Shown: positions 25,080-45,567 of the stretch, in pieces
Layout of the letters: each line of letters opens with the position of its first letter
Position numbering within the stretch: position 1 is the stretch's first letter
Assembly (NCBI GenBank): GCA_013239625.1
Contig: MU053934.1
Span: forward strand, 6,652,399 to 6,716,398
Length of the DNA stretch: 64,000 nucleotides
Reading direction: 5' to 3'
Source: Lama guanicoe
Taxonomy: Eukaryota
Position numbers and translations under genes: made by a program
The notes under the pieces: generated by a model
Databases searched by the model: none
The model's input: the letters and a program-made list of their open reading frames with translations, nothing else
What the model was told of the DNA's origin: nothing

Positions 25080-25900
25080 TTGCTGAAAACATCAGAAATG
25101 AAGATAAATAAAGGTTGGTTAGATGGTTGAAGAAAGCATGGAGACGTTAGAACAAACAGACAGAGAAAAAGAACACAGAACAGGAGAGAAAAGAGGAAGC
25201 CAGAAGATCAACCTGGGAGGTACAATTCCTGGTTAATAGGAATTCCAGGAAAGAACAGAGAAAGCAGAGGGAAGTGACACATGACAAACTCCCCGATCTC
25301 AAAGTCATGAGTTACAGATGGCAAGATCTCACAGAGCAGCCACACAATGAATGAAAAGGCCAACCTCCAGGCCCATCATTTGTGATTTCGGAACCAGGGA
25401 CATGAGAAGATCTTTAAACCTCTAGTGGAGAAAGACCCAACACATATGAAGGCCTGAAAATCAGAGTGGCTCCAGTCCCGCAACACTAGAAGCTAGAGGA
25501 CAGGCCAGGAACTGTGACTCCAAGACAGTGAGAGAAAACTTTTGCAAATCTAGACCCTATATCCAGCCAACACCCCATTAAACATGAGGAAAGAACAGAA
25601 GTGTGATCTCAACGTATTTACCTTCCATGCACCCCTTTCTTAGGAAACTACTAAAGAATGAAGCACTCTACTAAATGAGGGCCCAGACTAAGAAAGGTGA
25701 AGACATGGGATTCAGAAACAGCATTCAACTGAGGGAAGAAGTAAATGATGACGATGATGACTGCCGCAGGATAGTAGTTATGAAACAGACCTGGAGAACA
25801 AATATCCCTACTGGAAAATATAGATGTGGAAAGATGTGGTCTAAGAAAATAAAAAGCAAATAAAAACATGTATTAATAATTCTAGAGGAATGAAAAGTTT
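25080..25900 (+). mobile_element. Old L1/HAL1 ORF1-like remnant
   Basis: taataggaattccaggaaagaacagag, gaagctagagga...ctagaccctatatccagccaa, and ttaccttccatgcacccctttcttaggaaactact. Confidence 0.6.
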
Positions 25901-26067
25901 CTAAGAAGGGTGTTATAACCATAATATATACTTCATAAGTATTACAGAGCCAGATGTTGAAAAATGGAAAGAAAGATCAATAGATAACATGGATGCCAGT
26001 AAAAGTTTACTGTTTAGAAACAGAGGAAAACTAGCAGAGGAATCAGGTTTGAGGAGGGGTGGAGCAG

Positions 26068-26180
26068 GTTTGATGCATAACACTATAAATTACAGGTGTG
26101 TAACATAGTGAGACACAACTTTCAAAGGTTATAGTCCACTTATAGTTATTATAAAATGTTGGCTATATCCCTTGTGTTGT

Positions 26181-26183
<3 letters not shown>
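26068..26183 (-). mobile_element. Short L1 3' UTR fragment
   Basis: caggtgtgtaacatagtga...ttatagttattataaaatgttggctatatcccttgtgttgtaca is an antisense L1 3' UTR motif. Confidence 0.7.
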
Positions 26184-32247
<6,064 letters not shown>

Positions 32248-33419
32248 TCAGATGCCCAGGTGAATCTGACTAGTTTGAATTTCATCTCCTTTAATCCATT
32301 TCTGAAGAAGTAAGTAAGCAGAGAAATGGCCTAAAGAGTGAGTCAGGAGTCTATGGTAGTATGAAAAGAAACACTCCGTGTAAACACAAATTCAATACGA
32401 TAAAAACATCACATTAGATAAATGAGCCTCAAAATTCAACTGGGTTAAAGTGTGGAGCTGTATTATTACTACCAATAAAAAAACAGCAACTTTAAAATAA
32501 GTCTTTCAGTTATGGCGAGGGAGGGGTGAGAAGAAAAACACTTCCATTTATTTGCTTTCATGTATTATTGTATCGGACTGATCACTGAACTGAGAGTCTC
32601 ACATAGTGATAAGCAGTCACACCACTGGCCTACCCCTCCCCGACTCTGAGAACAGAAGTCAGCCCCTTATCCCCAAATGCATGGTACTGCAGGTTTACTG
32701 TACTACAGATATCTGTGACGATGGGTGATCCCGGGAACTCAACTCTTATCACTGCATGGACTCCTTACTGCTGCAGTCAGCCACACAATCTGAGTGGTTA
32801 ACCTCTTAACACATAATGATGTGCAAGGCCCCCCCGCAACCCCGCATCCTCATTCCCAGGTACAAAGGGCTAGGCAGCGTAAGCCAGAGTAGCAGTGACT
32901 ATTCTTCTAGATTCTTTCTGGAGGTTTGCAAGGAGTTTTAGCACCTCTAACCCTCATTAGAGTTTTTGACTTGCCAATCTAGTATTTACAAAGTTATTAC
33001 TGAATTGGCCTATGAAAGAGGGAATTGAAATAGTCACATAGGGGGACAGCAAAAGATAGAGGAAAATAATGATTCATGAACCCTAGGACCCAGACTTTTC
33101 CCAAAGTCATCTGATTAGGTCAACACCTTGCAACACTTTTGCTAATGTAATTAGCATGTAATGCAATGCTCCTCTCAAACAATTAATCCAGGACTGATTT
33201 TATGTTGCCTTTTGCCTCAGCCATCTCAGAGTCAGAGATGAAAAAGGCAAGGCCAAACTGCTCCAAATGACTTTAAAGTAATTCTTTCAAAAAAGAAGTT
33301 ATGAAACACACATGGGCTAGGGTAAGTTATGACAAAGTTTTCCCACAATGGCTTATGAAACTAGTTTCCTAATTCCCTCTCAGAGGAAGCTGAGAAAGGA
33401 GTTGTGGGCAGGAAAGTCA

Positions 33420-33910
33420 GTGATCCTTTTAAAGGATTCCTTATCTCCAAGCCCTGCAGTGGCTCCCCATCTCATCCCAACTCATAACCTCCCAACCTTC
33501 TCTACCACTCTCTGCTCCAGTCCGGTTGTCTCTTTGCTTCTGGGATGGGTCACCAGCATTTCTACACAGGAACTTTGCTCTTGCCAGTGATGCTCTTCCT
33601 CCGTAGCCACTTGGCTGGCCCCTTTACTTCCTTCCAGTCTCTGGGCAAATGTCACTTGATCATTAAGGCCTTCCCCTGGCCATCCTATTAAAAAGTGGCT
33701 AAATCTACACCCTCGCCCTGGCTTTCCCGATCTCCCTTCCCTGCTTTATTTCCTCCCCAGTATTTATTCCCAACAGGCAAAGATATGCTACTTAGGTACT
33801 GTCCTTCCCGCTTGCCCACAAGAAAGTAAAATTCCTAAAGGGCAGAGACCTTGTGCCTTGCTGTAACCCTAATGTCATTAACAAAGGAAGGAGCACACAG
33901 CAAGCACTCT
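33420..33910. mobile_element. L2 3' region
   Basis: ccttccagtctctgggcaaatgtcac...aggccttcccctggccatcc...ctgctttatttcctcc...agggcagagacctt. Confidence 0.65.
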
Positions 33911-36109
33911 GTAAAGCACGAGATGCACAAGAACTAGGCTGCAGAGAACCAGACTAGACCTTCCATACTCAGAAGTGGTGGTGTGGTGGTGAGACGAGGG
34001 AAATGCAAGAAGAGAAAACGGACTAAGACTGATCTGAAAGCAAAGCTAGATGATGCCCAAGACTCTGCCTATAAAATTCTCCAGTTCCAGGGCAAAAAAC
34101 CCAATTTAAGTCCACATGAGAGCTGTGAGGAGACTTCAGAAAGTTAACATGGATCACAGAGGAAGATGGTCAGTAGCTCCAAACTCTGAAAGCTTGACCT
34201 ACTTCTTCCTGAAATATCTGAAGTCTAAAACAGCTAGACAAGAGTCTACTACTTTGATATTAAGTTTGATTATATAATTACACGACCCAAAGTCACCTTT
34301 AAACATTCAAGCACAAATAATCTCAGAATCTAAACGAAACCGCTTCTCATCCCTTCAAAACACCTCTGCACAGACGCTATCTTCTGTGTTGCAGTGAATC
34401 TGTGGGGCAGTGGATAACGGCCACTGCCTCGGTTACTGTAACGCTTGCTCCGGTCCCAGTACTTTACACCCACTAACTCACTGAGTCCTCACAACACCAG
34501 TATCCTCATCTTCCAGAGATGGAAACTGAAGCAGAGTCACAAGGCTCTGTGGGGCTGAGGGCCTGCCCCTTCAGGCCGCGCTTTTTACACTACACCACCC
34601 AGAGGATCTAAGATGCGGTCAGTGACAGCTGCCACTTGTCCTGTCAGAGGTCAGCCTTGAAAGTGGGTGGCCCCTCCAACAATACTTTGAAGTATGTGCC
34701 TTCTCTGCTTCCCTCTCACAAGGACCACCCGCCAGGACCTGCCCACTAAGCCACTTAGGGTAAGTTGGTAACCACCTCAGTAACAAAGACTGTGGAGAAT
34801 GATTCTGTCCACACGGGCGTTTTCCGTTTGTGATTTGCTTCTACCCTAGCTCTCAGTACCAAGGGCTTTCTCTACACCATAAAAGGCGGTCAATGGTTAA
34901 ACTGAACAAAGACTAATCCTGGCAGTTTAATGAAAGACTTCCTTAAGAAATTTTGCTTCTGTAAATAAAATCAGGCTTCTGAAAACTCCAAGTGTACAAT
35001 GTTGCCACTTGCTCCAAGATTTTCCTAAACAGGAGCTGCCAAGAACTAAAGAACCCTTTAACATCAGCACTTTCAGCCTCAGGCTACCTGGTTCCTGAGA
35101 GAATCCCATCTCCAGAGAGGCAGACAGATTTAGGTTCAATTCCTTCAGAGGTCTGTCCTCAGCCCTGCTCTGGAGACCTCCTGTCCTAAGTGATGCCCTC
35201 CTCCCTGCTGTTACAGTTCTGGTTTATGGACTAGACGGCAAAAAATTCACAGCCAGACGCTTTTGGCAGGGTACTAGTGAGGTTAAATACTCTTAGTACA
35301 CATGAAGTATTTGCTCACCAGCAAGTGGGAGCAAGTTCTTCTTTTTTAGGAGTTTCGGGTAAAGCAATTAGGAAAACCAAGTATACCAGCTATTGAAAAT
35401 GCAAACCCAGAGTATTTTAATGTTAGCATTAGTGTATAAAATAAGCTACTAATAGGAATCATTCTAATACTATCCCATCATTCAAAAAAACCAAGGCATC
35501 AATGTAATCAGTTTTAAAGAATTGTGATTAATAATGACAAATGCCTGAATCTCCTTGTTCGCATGAGTACAGATATAGTAAAGAAAATCTGACACTCCAA
35601 AAGAAGTCAGTCAGCCGTAATGAATTTGTATACATACTCCGAAAAAGAGGTTTACCAATGAACATCCCTCTCCAATGCTCCCTTCCCTGGTTTTCTCCCA
35701 TTTTCCTAGCCTTCTTGGTGGCTTCAGAAGGGCAGTGGAGGCATACTGACAAGGTCCAGAACTTAGTACCTTTATAGTCTATGGTCCAGACTCCACACAC
35801 CAACCTCATGACAACCACTTTTCCCACCTGCAGCCGCGCTCTCCATCCTATCCCAGGGCCAAGAACCTGCCTCTCACAGAAAGCCAACATTAGCTTTCTT
35901 TGTCCTTATTCCTTCCTTCTTATGTCCAACATCATCCCACTCCCCAATCCATTGCCTTCTCCACAAAGCTCCAAACTGTCTTCAACAGTTTCCTTGAGAG
36001 ATCTTTTCAAGCACCTGCTTCCTCTTTCATTTCAGGTTTAACTTTGTATTTTCTGCTTATTCTCCTTCCTTGCCTTGAAAAAAACGCTTCAACCCACATA
36101 ATATTAACA

Positions 36110-36970
36110 ACATGTATGCTTCTAGTTATGGCCCTTGATGGATTATTCTGCTTGCCCTCCAACCTTACTCCTCACCCATCTCCACCATACTCTCTACACC
36201 CTGGGAGAGGGCGCCACAGGGACTGTCAAAAGAGGTGCCACTGCCCCTCTGGCTTCTGGCCCAGTTGGCTGGCAGAGGCAGGAGGAGGCTAAGAAGGAAG
36301 AATTTACTCTCCTGGCTCCCACCCTGCAGTCACTGAGATGGTCCACCCATGGTCAGGCTCCGGTTGGCAACCTAACCAGCCACCTTCTACAGGCTCTTAA
36401 GAATGGCTTCCTCCTCTTGCGTTCCAGGCTCGAGGGTAGTAACAAACTCCTGCTACTGCTAGCCTAGGAGACGCTACTCTCTCCACTCTGTCCCCAAACT
36501 CTGCTCACTCTTTGTAAACAGTCCCTGTTCTGCACTGTGGACAACTCCGCAGCACTGTGATTACCCTCTTTCTAAGTGCTCCTCTGCAGATTGGAAGCTG
36601 GGCGCTACCTTTCCAGAACCCGCTTTCCAGCATGGTCTGGATTAGAGTTTGCAGAGAAGCACAAGAGAGATTTGAAAAATGGAAGAAAAAGGGAGGTTAA
36701 TGCTCCCAGAGGTAGCAGGAGACACAGATTCACGGTGGCTTCCCCAGGACTTCATGAGAAAATCACTCACAGTGGTGAGATGATTGGCAGCAGCTTCCCT
36801 GACCTTCCCAACCCCAGTTCTTGCAACAGTTGGGTAAATCCTTAACTCCTCCATCCAAACTCTTCATAGCTGGGACAGAAAGCTTCCCTTTGCCTGAGTG
36901 AAACAAACGCTCCTTAAATTACTCAGTCTGAGAGTGCCATCTGTTTCCTAGCAGGACCCTGACTAATGCC
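36110..36970. mobile_element. ERVL solo LTR (LTR33-like), apparently with a second LTR-like segment inside (~36530-36905)
   Basis: ggattattctgcttgccctcca...tgcccctctggcttctgg and terminal tgagagtgccatctgtttcctagcaggaccctgactaat. Confidence 0.6.
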
Positions 36971-38749
36971 ACTCTTTTCTCATTCCTAGGATTTCAGAGT
37001 AGAATACTGTCACTTGGGAAGTGAGAGACCTCTATTTTGTACAATGTACCAGAGGGACTAAATCCTCCCACAACAAAATACCTAGCAATGTCAGACAAAA
37101 TGCACAGCAAAGCTGCAAGAAAGTAAGAAATGCCCAGGGTTCAAAATTGGTTGGGACTCTGACCACCAGCGATGGAGTGGGTGGGTTTGCAGGACTTACT
37201 AACCACACTTTAATGGTTTTAATGACCACACAGGGACAGAAGACAAGGCCTCCAGCCCTCTTTTGGTGGTAGTGGGGAGACGGAACAGTCACTTGGGCAA
37301 GACTCTAGGCAGTATCACTTGTGGCTGGATTAATTTCAATAAAGATGACAAAATATGTTTTTAGGCAGAAACCAACTCATTCTCAATGACAAAAATGTTT
37401 TCAACTGACCAAACTCCCCATCTGACCCCAAGAAGAACCACGATCATCTCTTGGATACCCTCAGCAAGAAGCTTCATAATAACCCCAAACTCATCTCTTC
37501 CTTAACTTTGTATTTAAGATGTACCCAATCCTACGACTTCTCCAACTTTCTGTATTTGCCCTTTACCTCTCCAGCCCTGTCACTGCCATTTTCATCGTTC
37601 TTGGACTAGAACAACATTTCCAGAAGTTCTTTTTCCCAGGACCAATCACCTGAAACAGCTCTTCTTCACCTGCAATTTTGACAGCATAGCCTCCCACATG
37701 GTTTGAAGCTCTCTGGCATCTTCCCAACCCAATTTCTGCTCCTCTCCAACCTCTCATACCTGCTACTAAGAGCTCCTGAAATGTGACCTTTTCCATAAGT
37801 CTTCTTAAAGCAGATAATTTGTTGGCTTTTCTCTGTTAATAAAAACAACTTAGTAAAGTGCATTTACCTTTAACCACTATCTAAAGGTATGTGCTGTTGA
37901 TATAATAATAATTACCATTTATTCTATGTGTCAGGCACTGGGTGATTTTACATGTATTTCAATTTATGGATAAGGAAAAAAAACCCCCGATAAATTATGT
38001 AATTTGCCAAAAGTCACCCTTGCAGGGTAAATTGGGGCTGATAGCCTATTAACAAAAAAATTCTTTTGGCTCTAAACCCCATGTTCCCTTCTTTCATTAT
38101 ACCACAAATTGAGTAAGAAGCATTTAAATCTAGGTTTTGAAAAACTCTTAACACTTGCATCAGATCTGCAGTAACTGTAGACGTTGCCTACTTCCTGCAT
38201 GTCTAATACACTGTATCAGGCACTTTAGGTAAATATTAATGTATTTAATCCTCACATGCCCTCATAAGTATTAGTGCTCCTTTTTGTAAAGTAAGGCTCA
38301 GAAGTTAAACAAGGAAAACATTCATAGTAAACAGACAGGTGGGATATGGAATGCCCAAACCAGAACCCAGTCTGTACTGGCGGAAGCCTTCCATGAATTA
38401 GTAAGCAAGACTTTCACAGGCTGGGAAGCATTTTAGAAGAGAAGCTTGAAATCTTCTAGAATTGACTGCCTATACTTGGATATGTCTATGTTATCTGCTT
38501 TATGTATGTGCAAATGTGGAATCTTCCTAAGTAGATGAGGCAAAAAGATTTGCTCAAGGACTTGATTTGATATTTTAAATTCTATATCCTGTTTGTGAAT
38601 GAGCAGAGCCTAGGTTTTGCTCAGTGACTGACAGGTGTCTCAGTATAATTAGGCCTTTAGAATAAGATGATGTACTGATGTTGCTGGATTGCTCCCTGGC
38701 TTGGGAGCCCAGAAAGCAGTTTAAGGAACCAACTCAGTCAAAATTTGCA

Positions 38750-39490
38750 AATCAGTCACCTAGAGGAAAAAAACCCAGTAGAATGCTATAGATCTAAAAA
38801 GTTCACTCTGAGGGTCAAAATCTGTATCATATATTAGCCACGTAAGCAGAAAATATCCACCTTTAACTACAATCAAATACATGCTGGCAAAAAGTGGAGG
38901 CACAGATATATAGCTATAAAATTTTCCAAAAAAAATTGAAGAGATGATATGACATCTGGTGAGTTTGGGATAAAGTTGGTACAAATAATAATAAAAGCAG
39001 CATTAAGTTATTACAACTCTTTGGAAAAGCAATTTGGTAATGAAAATACCAATATCTTTTGACCCAGTCACTCTATTTACTAGATTATCCTAGGGAAATC
39101 TCAAAACCACACAAAACCCAAGGTACCAACATACTGGTTCCAGTGATAGTTGTAAGAAAAGATAGGCAAGAACCTAATTTGTTATCATTTGAAAATGAGT
39201 AAGCACATTATGGTATATTCATAGCACATACTCACTGAAAACAACTGTGAAGACTCTAACATCATAGAAAGTGCTTATTTTATATAATAAGATAAAGAAA
39301 AGTTACCATACTTGTGCTATCGTTACATCTATCTGGAAATCATTCAGTCCAGGGTAAAAGAGAACAGTACAGAAAAATGAAAACCTTTCAACTATTCAGG
39401 GTGTTGGGATCGTGGATGTATTGTCTTCCTTTTCACTTCTACTGACATTAATACTTGTGTAGAAAACAATCACTTTACAATTTCATTAAA
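38750..39490 (+). mobile_element. Old L1ME-like fragment
   Basis: tacaactctttggaaaagcaatttggtaa...ctttgacccagt...cattatggtatattcata. Confidence 0.55.
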
Positions 39491-40429
39491 CTTATTTTTA
39501 AAATATACCTCTCACACTGTCTCAAAAACATCTTTGCTCTACTGACAGCAAAGCATTTCCCTGACCAAGGCGGGGAAAGGAAGGCAGAGGAGACCCCACA
39601 AGTCCAGAGGCAAGGTGGGAGGGATAGTCACCTGCCAGACTCCTCCAAGAAACCTGGCACTACCACACGTGCACTGTGGTGCCCAAGCGAGTGTGCACAC
39701 AGAAAACACCAGCTCTGAGCTATTTTTCAGGATTAGGCCTAAAAATAGCAGAATTCTACCCCACAGTAGAGTCCTATTTTTAGAGATAATCTCAAGCAGC
39801 TAAGAGACTGAAGCATCCTATCACTGCATGCTCTTGTAACTACATGGAAATGCCATAAATCTGCTCCTGCACAGGCTGAAGGGGCCTCGACCCCATTCCC
39901 ACTGGATGGCTGCCTGTCTCATAGTCACAAGATCAATTTAGATGATCACATCTGTGGGCAGAATGGCCAACAGTTCTTGGAAAAGGGGCAGGAGAATGGT
40001 GCAGGGCCAGAGGTATCTCTGGGGCTAGCTGGGGCTCCCTGTGGGTTTTTTCCAACTGTTAAGCCTGAAAGCTTTTGACCTATTAGTTTGGTTTTTTTTC
40101 ACTGAAAGGTTGTATGGGTACATAATTTCTGAATCTTTACAGACAAAAAGGATCATAGAAAGCAATCAGTGTTGCCACTTACAGGCAAAACTGTGTTTCA
40201 TTTTATAATGGCAACAAAATTAAAGAGACCAGGGAACTAATCCAAAGCAGAAGTGGGCAAAAGCTATCTGATGAAATAAACTTTACTAAAGGATCCCAAA
40301 GAGCTCAAAAACAAAACAAAACAAGCAGAGAAACACATAATGTATCTAGATGAAAAGACCCGTATCATAAAGAGGTCAAGTCACCACAGATTAGTTTATA
40401 AAATAATGTTCCAGTCAAAATCTCAATAA

Positions 40430-42110
40430 GGTCTTAATTTATTTTTAAATAATTTCAAATGTACAGAAAAGCACAAGAATAATACAGTGCTAACACCCCC
40501 TTCAACAAGACTCCCCAACTGACAATGTTTTATATCATTAGCTCTATTACCTATATACACATTACTTGTACAGCCACCCTCCCAATCCAGGGCTCTGCAC
40601 CCACAGATTCAACCAACAGCAGATCAAATATATTCGGGGGGAACAAGTTACAAAAAGCAAAGCCTGAATTTGCCATGTGTCCAGCAACTATTTATACAGT
40701 ACTTATGTTGCACTTAAAATTATTTACACAGCATTTACATTATACTAGGTACTGTAAGTAATCTGGAGATGATGTATGGGATGATGTGCACATATAACAC
40801 CATTTTATATAAAGAACCTGAGCACTCAAGGATTTTAGTGTCCGAGGGGGTCCTGGAACCACTCCCCTGCAGATACCAAGGGATGACTATATATACGCTA
40901 TATAAATACCCATTGGCTTTTTCCTGACCTCTTTGAAAGCAGGCTGAAGACATGAAGCCCCATTATCCCTAAATAGTCCAGTGAATATTTCCAAAAACAA
41001 GAACATTCTTCTACATAACCAGCATACAACCCTCCGTATCAGGAAATCAACATTCACACTATACCAGGAATCCAATCCACAGACTCCATTCAAATTCTGT
41101 AAACTGTCCCATAATGTCTCTTTTTCCTTTCTGGTTCAGGATTCCATCCAGGAACACAATCTGTCACGTCTCACCAGTGTCTTGTCAACAGTTCCCCAGT
41201 GTTTTTCTGATTTTTGTGTACTTAACAGAGCACAGCCCTTTCATTCTGTAGGATGGTCCTCAACCTGCATGTCCAGACTCAGGTCCAACTTTTGTGGCAG
41301 CAATACCAGAGATATGATGTTCTGCTCTTTCCAATGCACCATGTCAGAGATGGATGGCAAGCCGTCCCTCCACTGGTGACGTTAACCACATTCACTTGGT
41401 CAAGCCCAGCTCCTCCAGGTTTCTCCACTGTAAGTTACAACTTTACCCTTTGTAACCACTAAGCATGATGCGGAGGAAATTCCGAGATTATGCCAATATC
41501 CCCGTTTGAATCAACCACCTCCATGATGGCTGCCACATGGTGAACCTCTATCTTAGCAGGCAGAGCTTTCCCTCCTCACCCACTTATCCATCAATGTATT
41601 TGATTCTCAAATTGCTGCACACTTGATCAGTGGAAACCTCTTCAAACTGCCTCCCGTACCTTTCGGACATGTTCCATTCCTTGAGCATTCCCTTACTTCC
41701 TGGCGCAAGATGTTTCAGGTTCATCTTGTACTTTCCCTGCTGCCGCCCCTGGAACCAGCCATTTCTCCAAGGTCACCTAACTCATTTTAGAGGAGGATCA
41801 TATTTAGAAATAAAGATCTGGGTGCTAGGGTTGTTCACTGCCACTGGAATGTCATTGCTTCTAGCTAGAAAATACTATGCACATACATGAACACCCACAT
41901 CTATAACGACTTCTAAACCTACAGCTATATATATGTTAAAGAACCACAAGTCCATCCTGATATCTCCAATTCCAAACCAACACCCTCAGGGCTCTTTACA
42001 ACTTTCCATCTTTCCATGTTTGTAATCTCCTCCTCAGACAGTTGAGAAACCTGCTTCCTGTTATCCTCAATATGTACTTACATACTTGCTTAATCAATAT
42101 ATTTATTTTG
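40430..42110 (-). mobile_element. Old L1MC/MD-like 3' UTR interrupted by a MITE
   Basis: taatttcaaatgtacagaaaag...aacaagaacattcttctacataacca...gcaagatgtttcaggttcatcttgtactttccctgc...aagatctgggtgctagg. Confidence 0.75.
40571..40889. mobile_element. MER2/Tigger3-like MITE
   Basis: ta|cagccaccctcc...gggggtcctggaaccactcccctgcagataccaagggatgacta|ta. Confidence 0.8.
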
Positions 42111-44399
42111 CTCAATATAACTAATCTCCCAAGTTCTGCAGCCTCATCCTTGGTATCTCCTCACCCTCACCTCCTCAACCACAGACTCTCCACTCTCTAT
42201 GGGAGGCTTTGATAAATGAATTCTAAAATTCAATTAAAGAAAATGTGTGAAGAACTTTTCATAGTTTCCCAATGCAAGAAAACTTAGGAAACTATGAAAA
42301 GTCAGAAGGTATTTGCCATACTATGTATCATAACTTTTCCTAAATTATAATTAAAATAAATTAAAGGGTATTGAGATAACATGCTACCTTTCTGGTATTT
42401 TTCCAAGAGACAAACTGTGTTAGAACTCATCTCGTGATATCCATAATAATAAGCTAAACATCTCTCTCTCTCTCTCTCCCCCCCTCACAGAGGCACAGTA
42501 GTTTTGGAAGAAAACACTGATAATCCTAGGAAACCAAGGTGACAGTTTTGAGTTCACAAAGGCCATTCCTTACTAAACGGAACTCGAGCTTCTTGGAAAA
42601 ATAGCTGCTTCTCCAAGGGGAAGGCAAAGAACAAGGTGTAAGCCTGTAAACTGTCAGAAAGCCTGGTACTTTCAGCCAAATGCAGCTGGCTTCAGTCAAA
42701 CCAGCCTAAAGGGGTACTTGCTGATTGTACAGGACCAAGCTTTTACTTCTTTTACTATATTAGATGAATCAACAATGGAAGAACTCCAAATTAGCTCTCT
42801 AGCACTGTATGCATGAACACAGATAAATTTTAGAAACAATATACACGAAAAAGCATGGTGTATGGGAACACGGATCCAAGTGGAGAGAGGGAGGCACTCA
42901 GGAGGATCCAACAGTGACGTCTGTTAAATCTGGATGATGAGTACATACGTGTCATTAGTCTCTGTGCTTTTCTGTATGTTTGACATATTTTACAAATAAA
43001 CAAAATTCTGGTTCCCTACTTAACCAGTCTGAAAAAGTACCAGAGTTCATAGTACGGAATTCAAGATTCTTCAGCTTCCAACACCAACAGAATTTTCAGC
43101 TCCACCTCTCATGATCTCACTTCAATCCCACTCCAGTGACACCGAACTTCTCCCCACTCCCCAAATGTGCTTCAGACCTCCAAGTCTTTGCCCAAGCTAT
43201 CAGCATGTCTGGAACATTAGTTCCCTGCCCACTTTCACCATCTGATCACCTCAGACTCCTCTGAGAAGAGCCTCAAATGGCCCTTCTTTGGGAGCCTTCT
43301 TCCTGTGAGTCAAGCACATGTTTTTCTCCCCACAGCTCCTGGCAGCAGGAAGCAGCAGAAAGAGCACGTGTGGATTCTGAACCCAGGCACAGATTCTTGA
43401 GTTGAGCTGTGCAGCTTACTGCTAGTGAGATCTTGAGCAAATTACTCACTTCTTTTTCTCAACTGTAGAACAGAAATGCCCTGCAGTTTACCCTTGATAA
43501 GGTGAATGACACAGTGCACAACTCCGCCAAGACCTCTCCTGACACTGGAGGAAAGCCCCATTTTTTCTTTTATTACTGATAAATTTCAAAATAATAAGTA
43601 AGTTCGGAAAATGGCTGGAAAGGATATATAACAAAACATTAACTAGGGGAGGGATGACTTTTTCACTTTTTTTTTTAAAGTAAGACTATAGTCATGTGTT
43701 ACTTACATAAAAGATTTTAAGACAAATTTGGTTATAAGACAAATAAGGTTACAGAAAGCCCCTAGCAGAACAGTCTGGCAAACAATAGCTAACAATCGCT
43801 CAGTACTGATGCTATGAGGGAGAGGAGGGGCAGGAGAGGACCAGAGTGAGGACTCAGGCTGAACACCTATAAAGCAAAAAGGAGGAGTAAGGAAGACCCT
43901 TCCCTTCAAGGGGCCCATGTCTATGAGGAAACATTTATACATGTATATATTCATCATTTAACACACATTTGAGCAAATATTACATTCCAGGAACTTATTC
44001 TAGGTTCTGTGAATACAGCTATAATGAAGACTCACAAAGTCCCAACTTTCCATGAAAACAGCAGATAGAGATAATTACAAATAGATAAATACCAGGAACT
44101 AGGAAATGCTCAGGAGAAGTAAGGAAGGCTATAGGGACAGGGAAAGGGGTGTAGGGAAAGGTTGGGATTTAAACAGGGTGGTTTAGACAGGAAGGCGAGC
44201 TTCCTTGAGGAGGTGACATGTGACTGGAAGGAGATGAGGGAATAGGCTGTGCAAAGACCTGTGGAAAGGTGAGCACAAAGGCTAGAGGCAGGAAAGAGTT
44301 TGGTGAGAGGATTAACAAAGTGGCCGACATGGCAAAAGCCAAATGCAGGGAGAGCAGAGGGACGCACAGCCAGAGAAAGGGGCCCCTGAGCCCCAGGCC

Positions 44400-44535
44400 T
44401 CCCTATCTCGGGGTCCGCAGACCAGCGGCACTGCCATCTGGGTTCCTGGTGGAGGTGCAGAGTCTCAGGCCTTGTGGACCTACAGTTAACAGCTTACCAG
44501 TGAGTCACATGCACACGACAGTCTGAGAAGTACAG
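44400..44535. mobile_element. Decayed MER5-like MITE
   Basis: ggtccgcagaccagcggcac...tgcagagtctcaggcc...atgcacacgacagtctgagaagtac. Confidence 0.55.
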
Positions 44536-45338
44536 ATGAAGCGCCTGTTAAAGCGCCACAAAGAATGCTGGATTTTATTAGAAGGCTTTGGAGGGTTTGA
44601 GCTAGAGAGCAACATACTCTAGTTTCAATTCTCAAATGGCCACTCTGGCTGTTCTGTGGAAAACAGTCTCTGGGAGGGGTCGGGGCAGAAGCAGGGAGTT
44701 AAGAAGCTATTTTGGTCATCTGGGTAAGGGATTATGGATGCAGAGATGAATGTGGTGTTGATGGAGGTGGTGATATGTGGTCAAAGAAAGGACACATTTT
44801 GAAGTCAGAGCCAACGGAAATTGCTAATGGATCAGAAGCGGATGTGAGGGACACAACAACGATGACAGACAACAGCAGCCATGTGCTCTTTGTCCTTTGC
44901 AGGTAAAATCCAATCAGTCTTCACAACAGTCCCAGGAGAAATGTACAGCTGAAAACCCCACCTTTCTCAAATGAAGCCAATGAGGCGGAGCAAGGTTCAG
45001 TAACTGCCCAAGGTCTCAAAGCTCATCAGGTGGCAGCGCCAGGACCAGAACATGGGCTTGGGAGCCTGCATCCCAGAATTGTCCCTTACTGAGCAACTGT
45101 GAACACGGCATCATTCATGGAGAGCAATGAGGCAGAGAGGGGGACGGGCTGAAGGGAATCAAGAGGCTTTGCTGGACATGTTAACTTTGAGATTCCTAGT
45201 GGATGTCCAAGCGGAGATGTCAGGTAGACAGCTGGCACGTCGGTATCTCAGGGGAAAGGTGGGGATGGAGATATAAACGGGAAAGTCATCAGCACAGAGA
45301 TAGTATTTAGAGTCAAAGGAGTGAATGAGATCAGAGAG

Positions 45339-45567
45339 CAGCTCTTCAAACTGCAGGTTGTGAAATCAACTTACTGGGTCATGAACAGCACTTTAAAAAA
45401 GAACAGAATGGGAAATAACAGAGTCCATGGCTCAGAGTAAGGTGAAATTATGAGAACTTTCTTGTGAAACTTTTGTTTCAGGCACAAGTGTCTATGTGCA
45501 CAAGTGAACGTAGTGTGTGTACACCAGGCTGGCAAGTGCTTTGGTCAAAAAAGGTTTAAAGCCACTA
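45339..45567. mobile_element. hAT-Charlie-type non-autonomous element
   Basis: Ends cagctcttcaaactgc and ggtttaaagccacta are imperfect TIRs; followed by gtctagg, a typical hAT target. Confidence 0.65.
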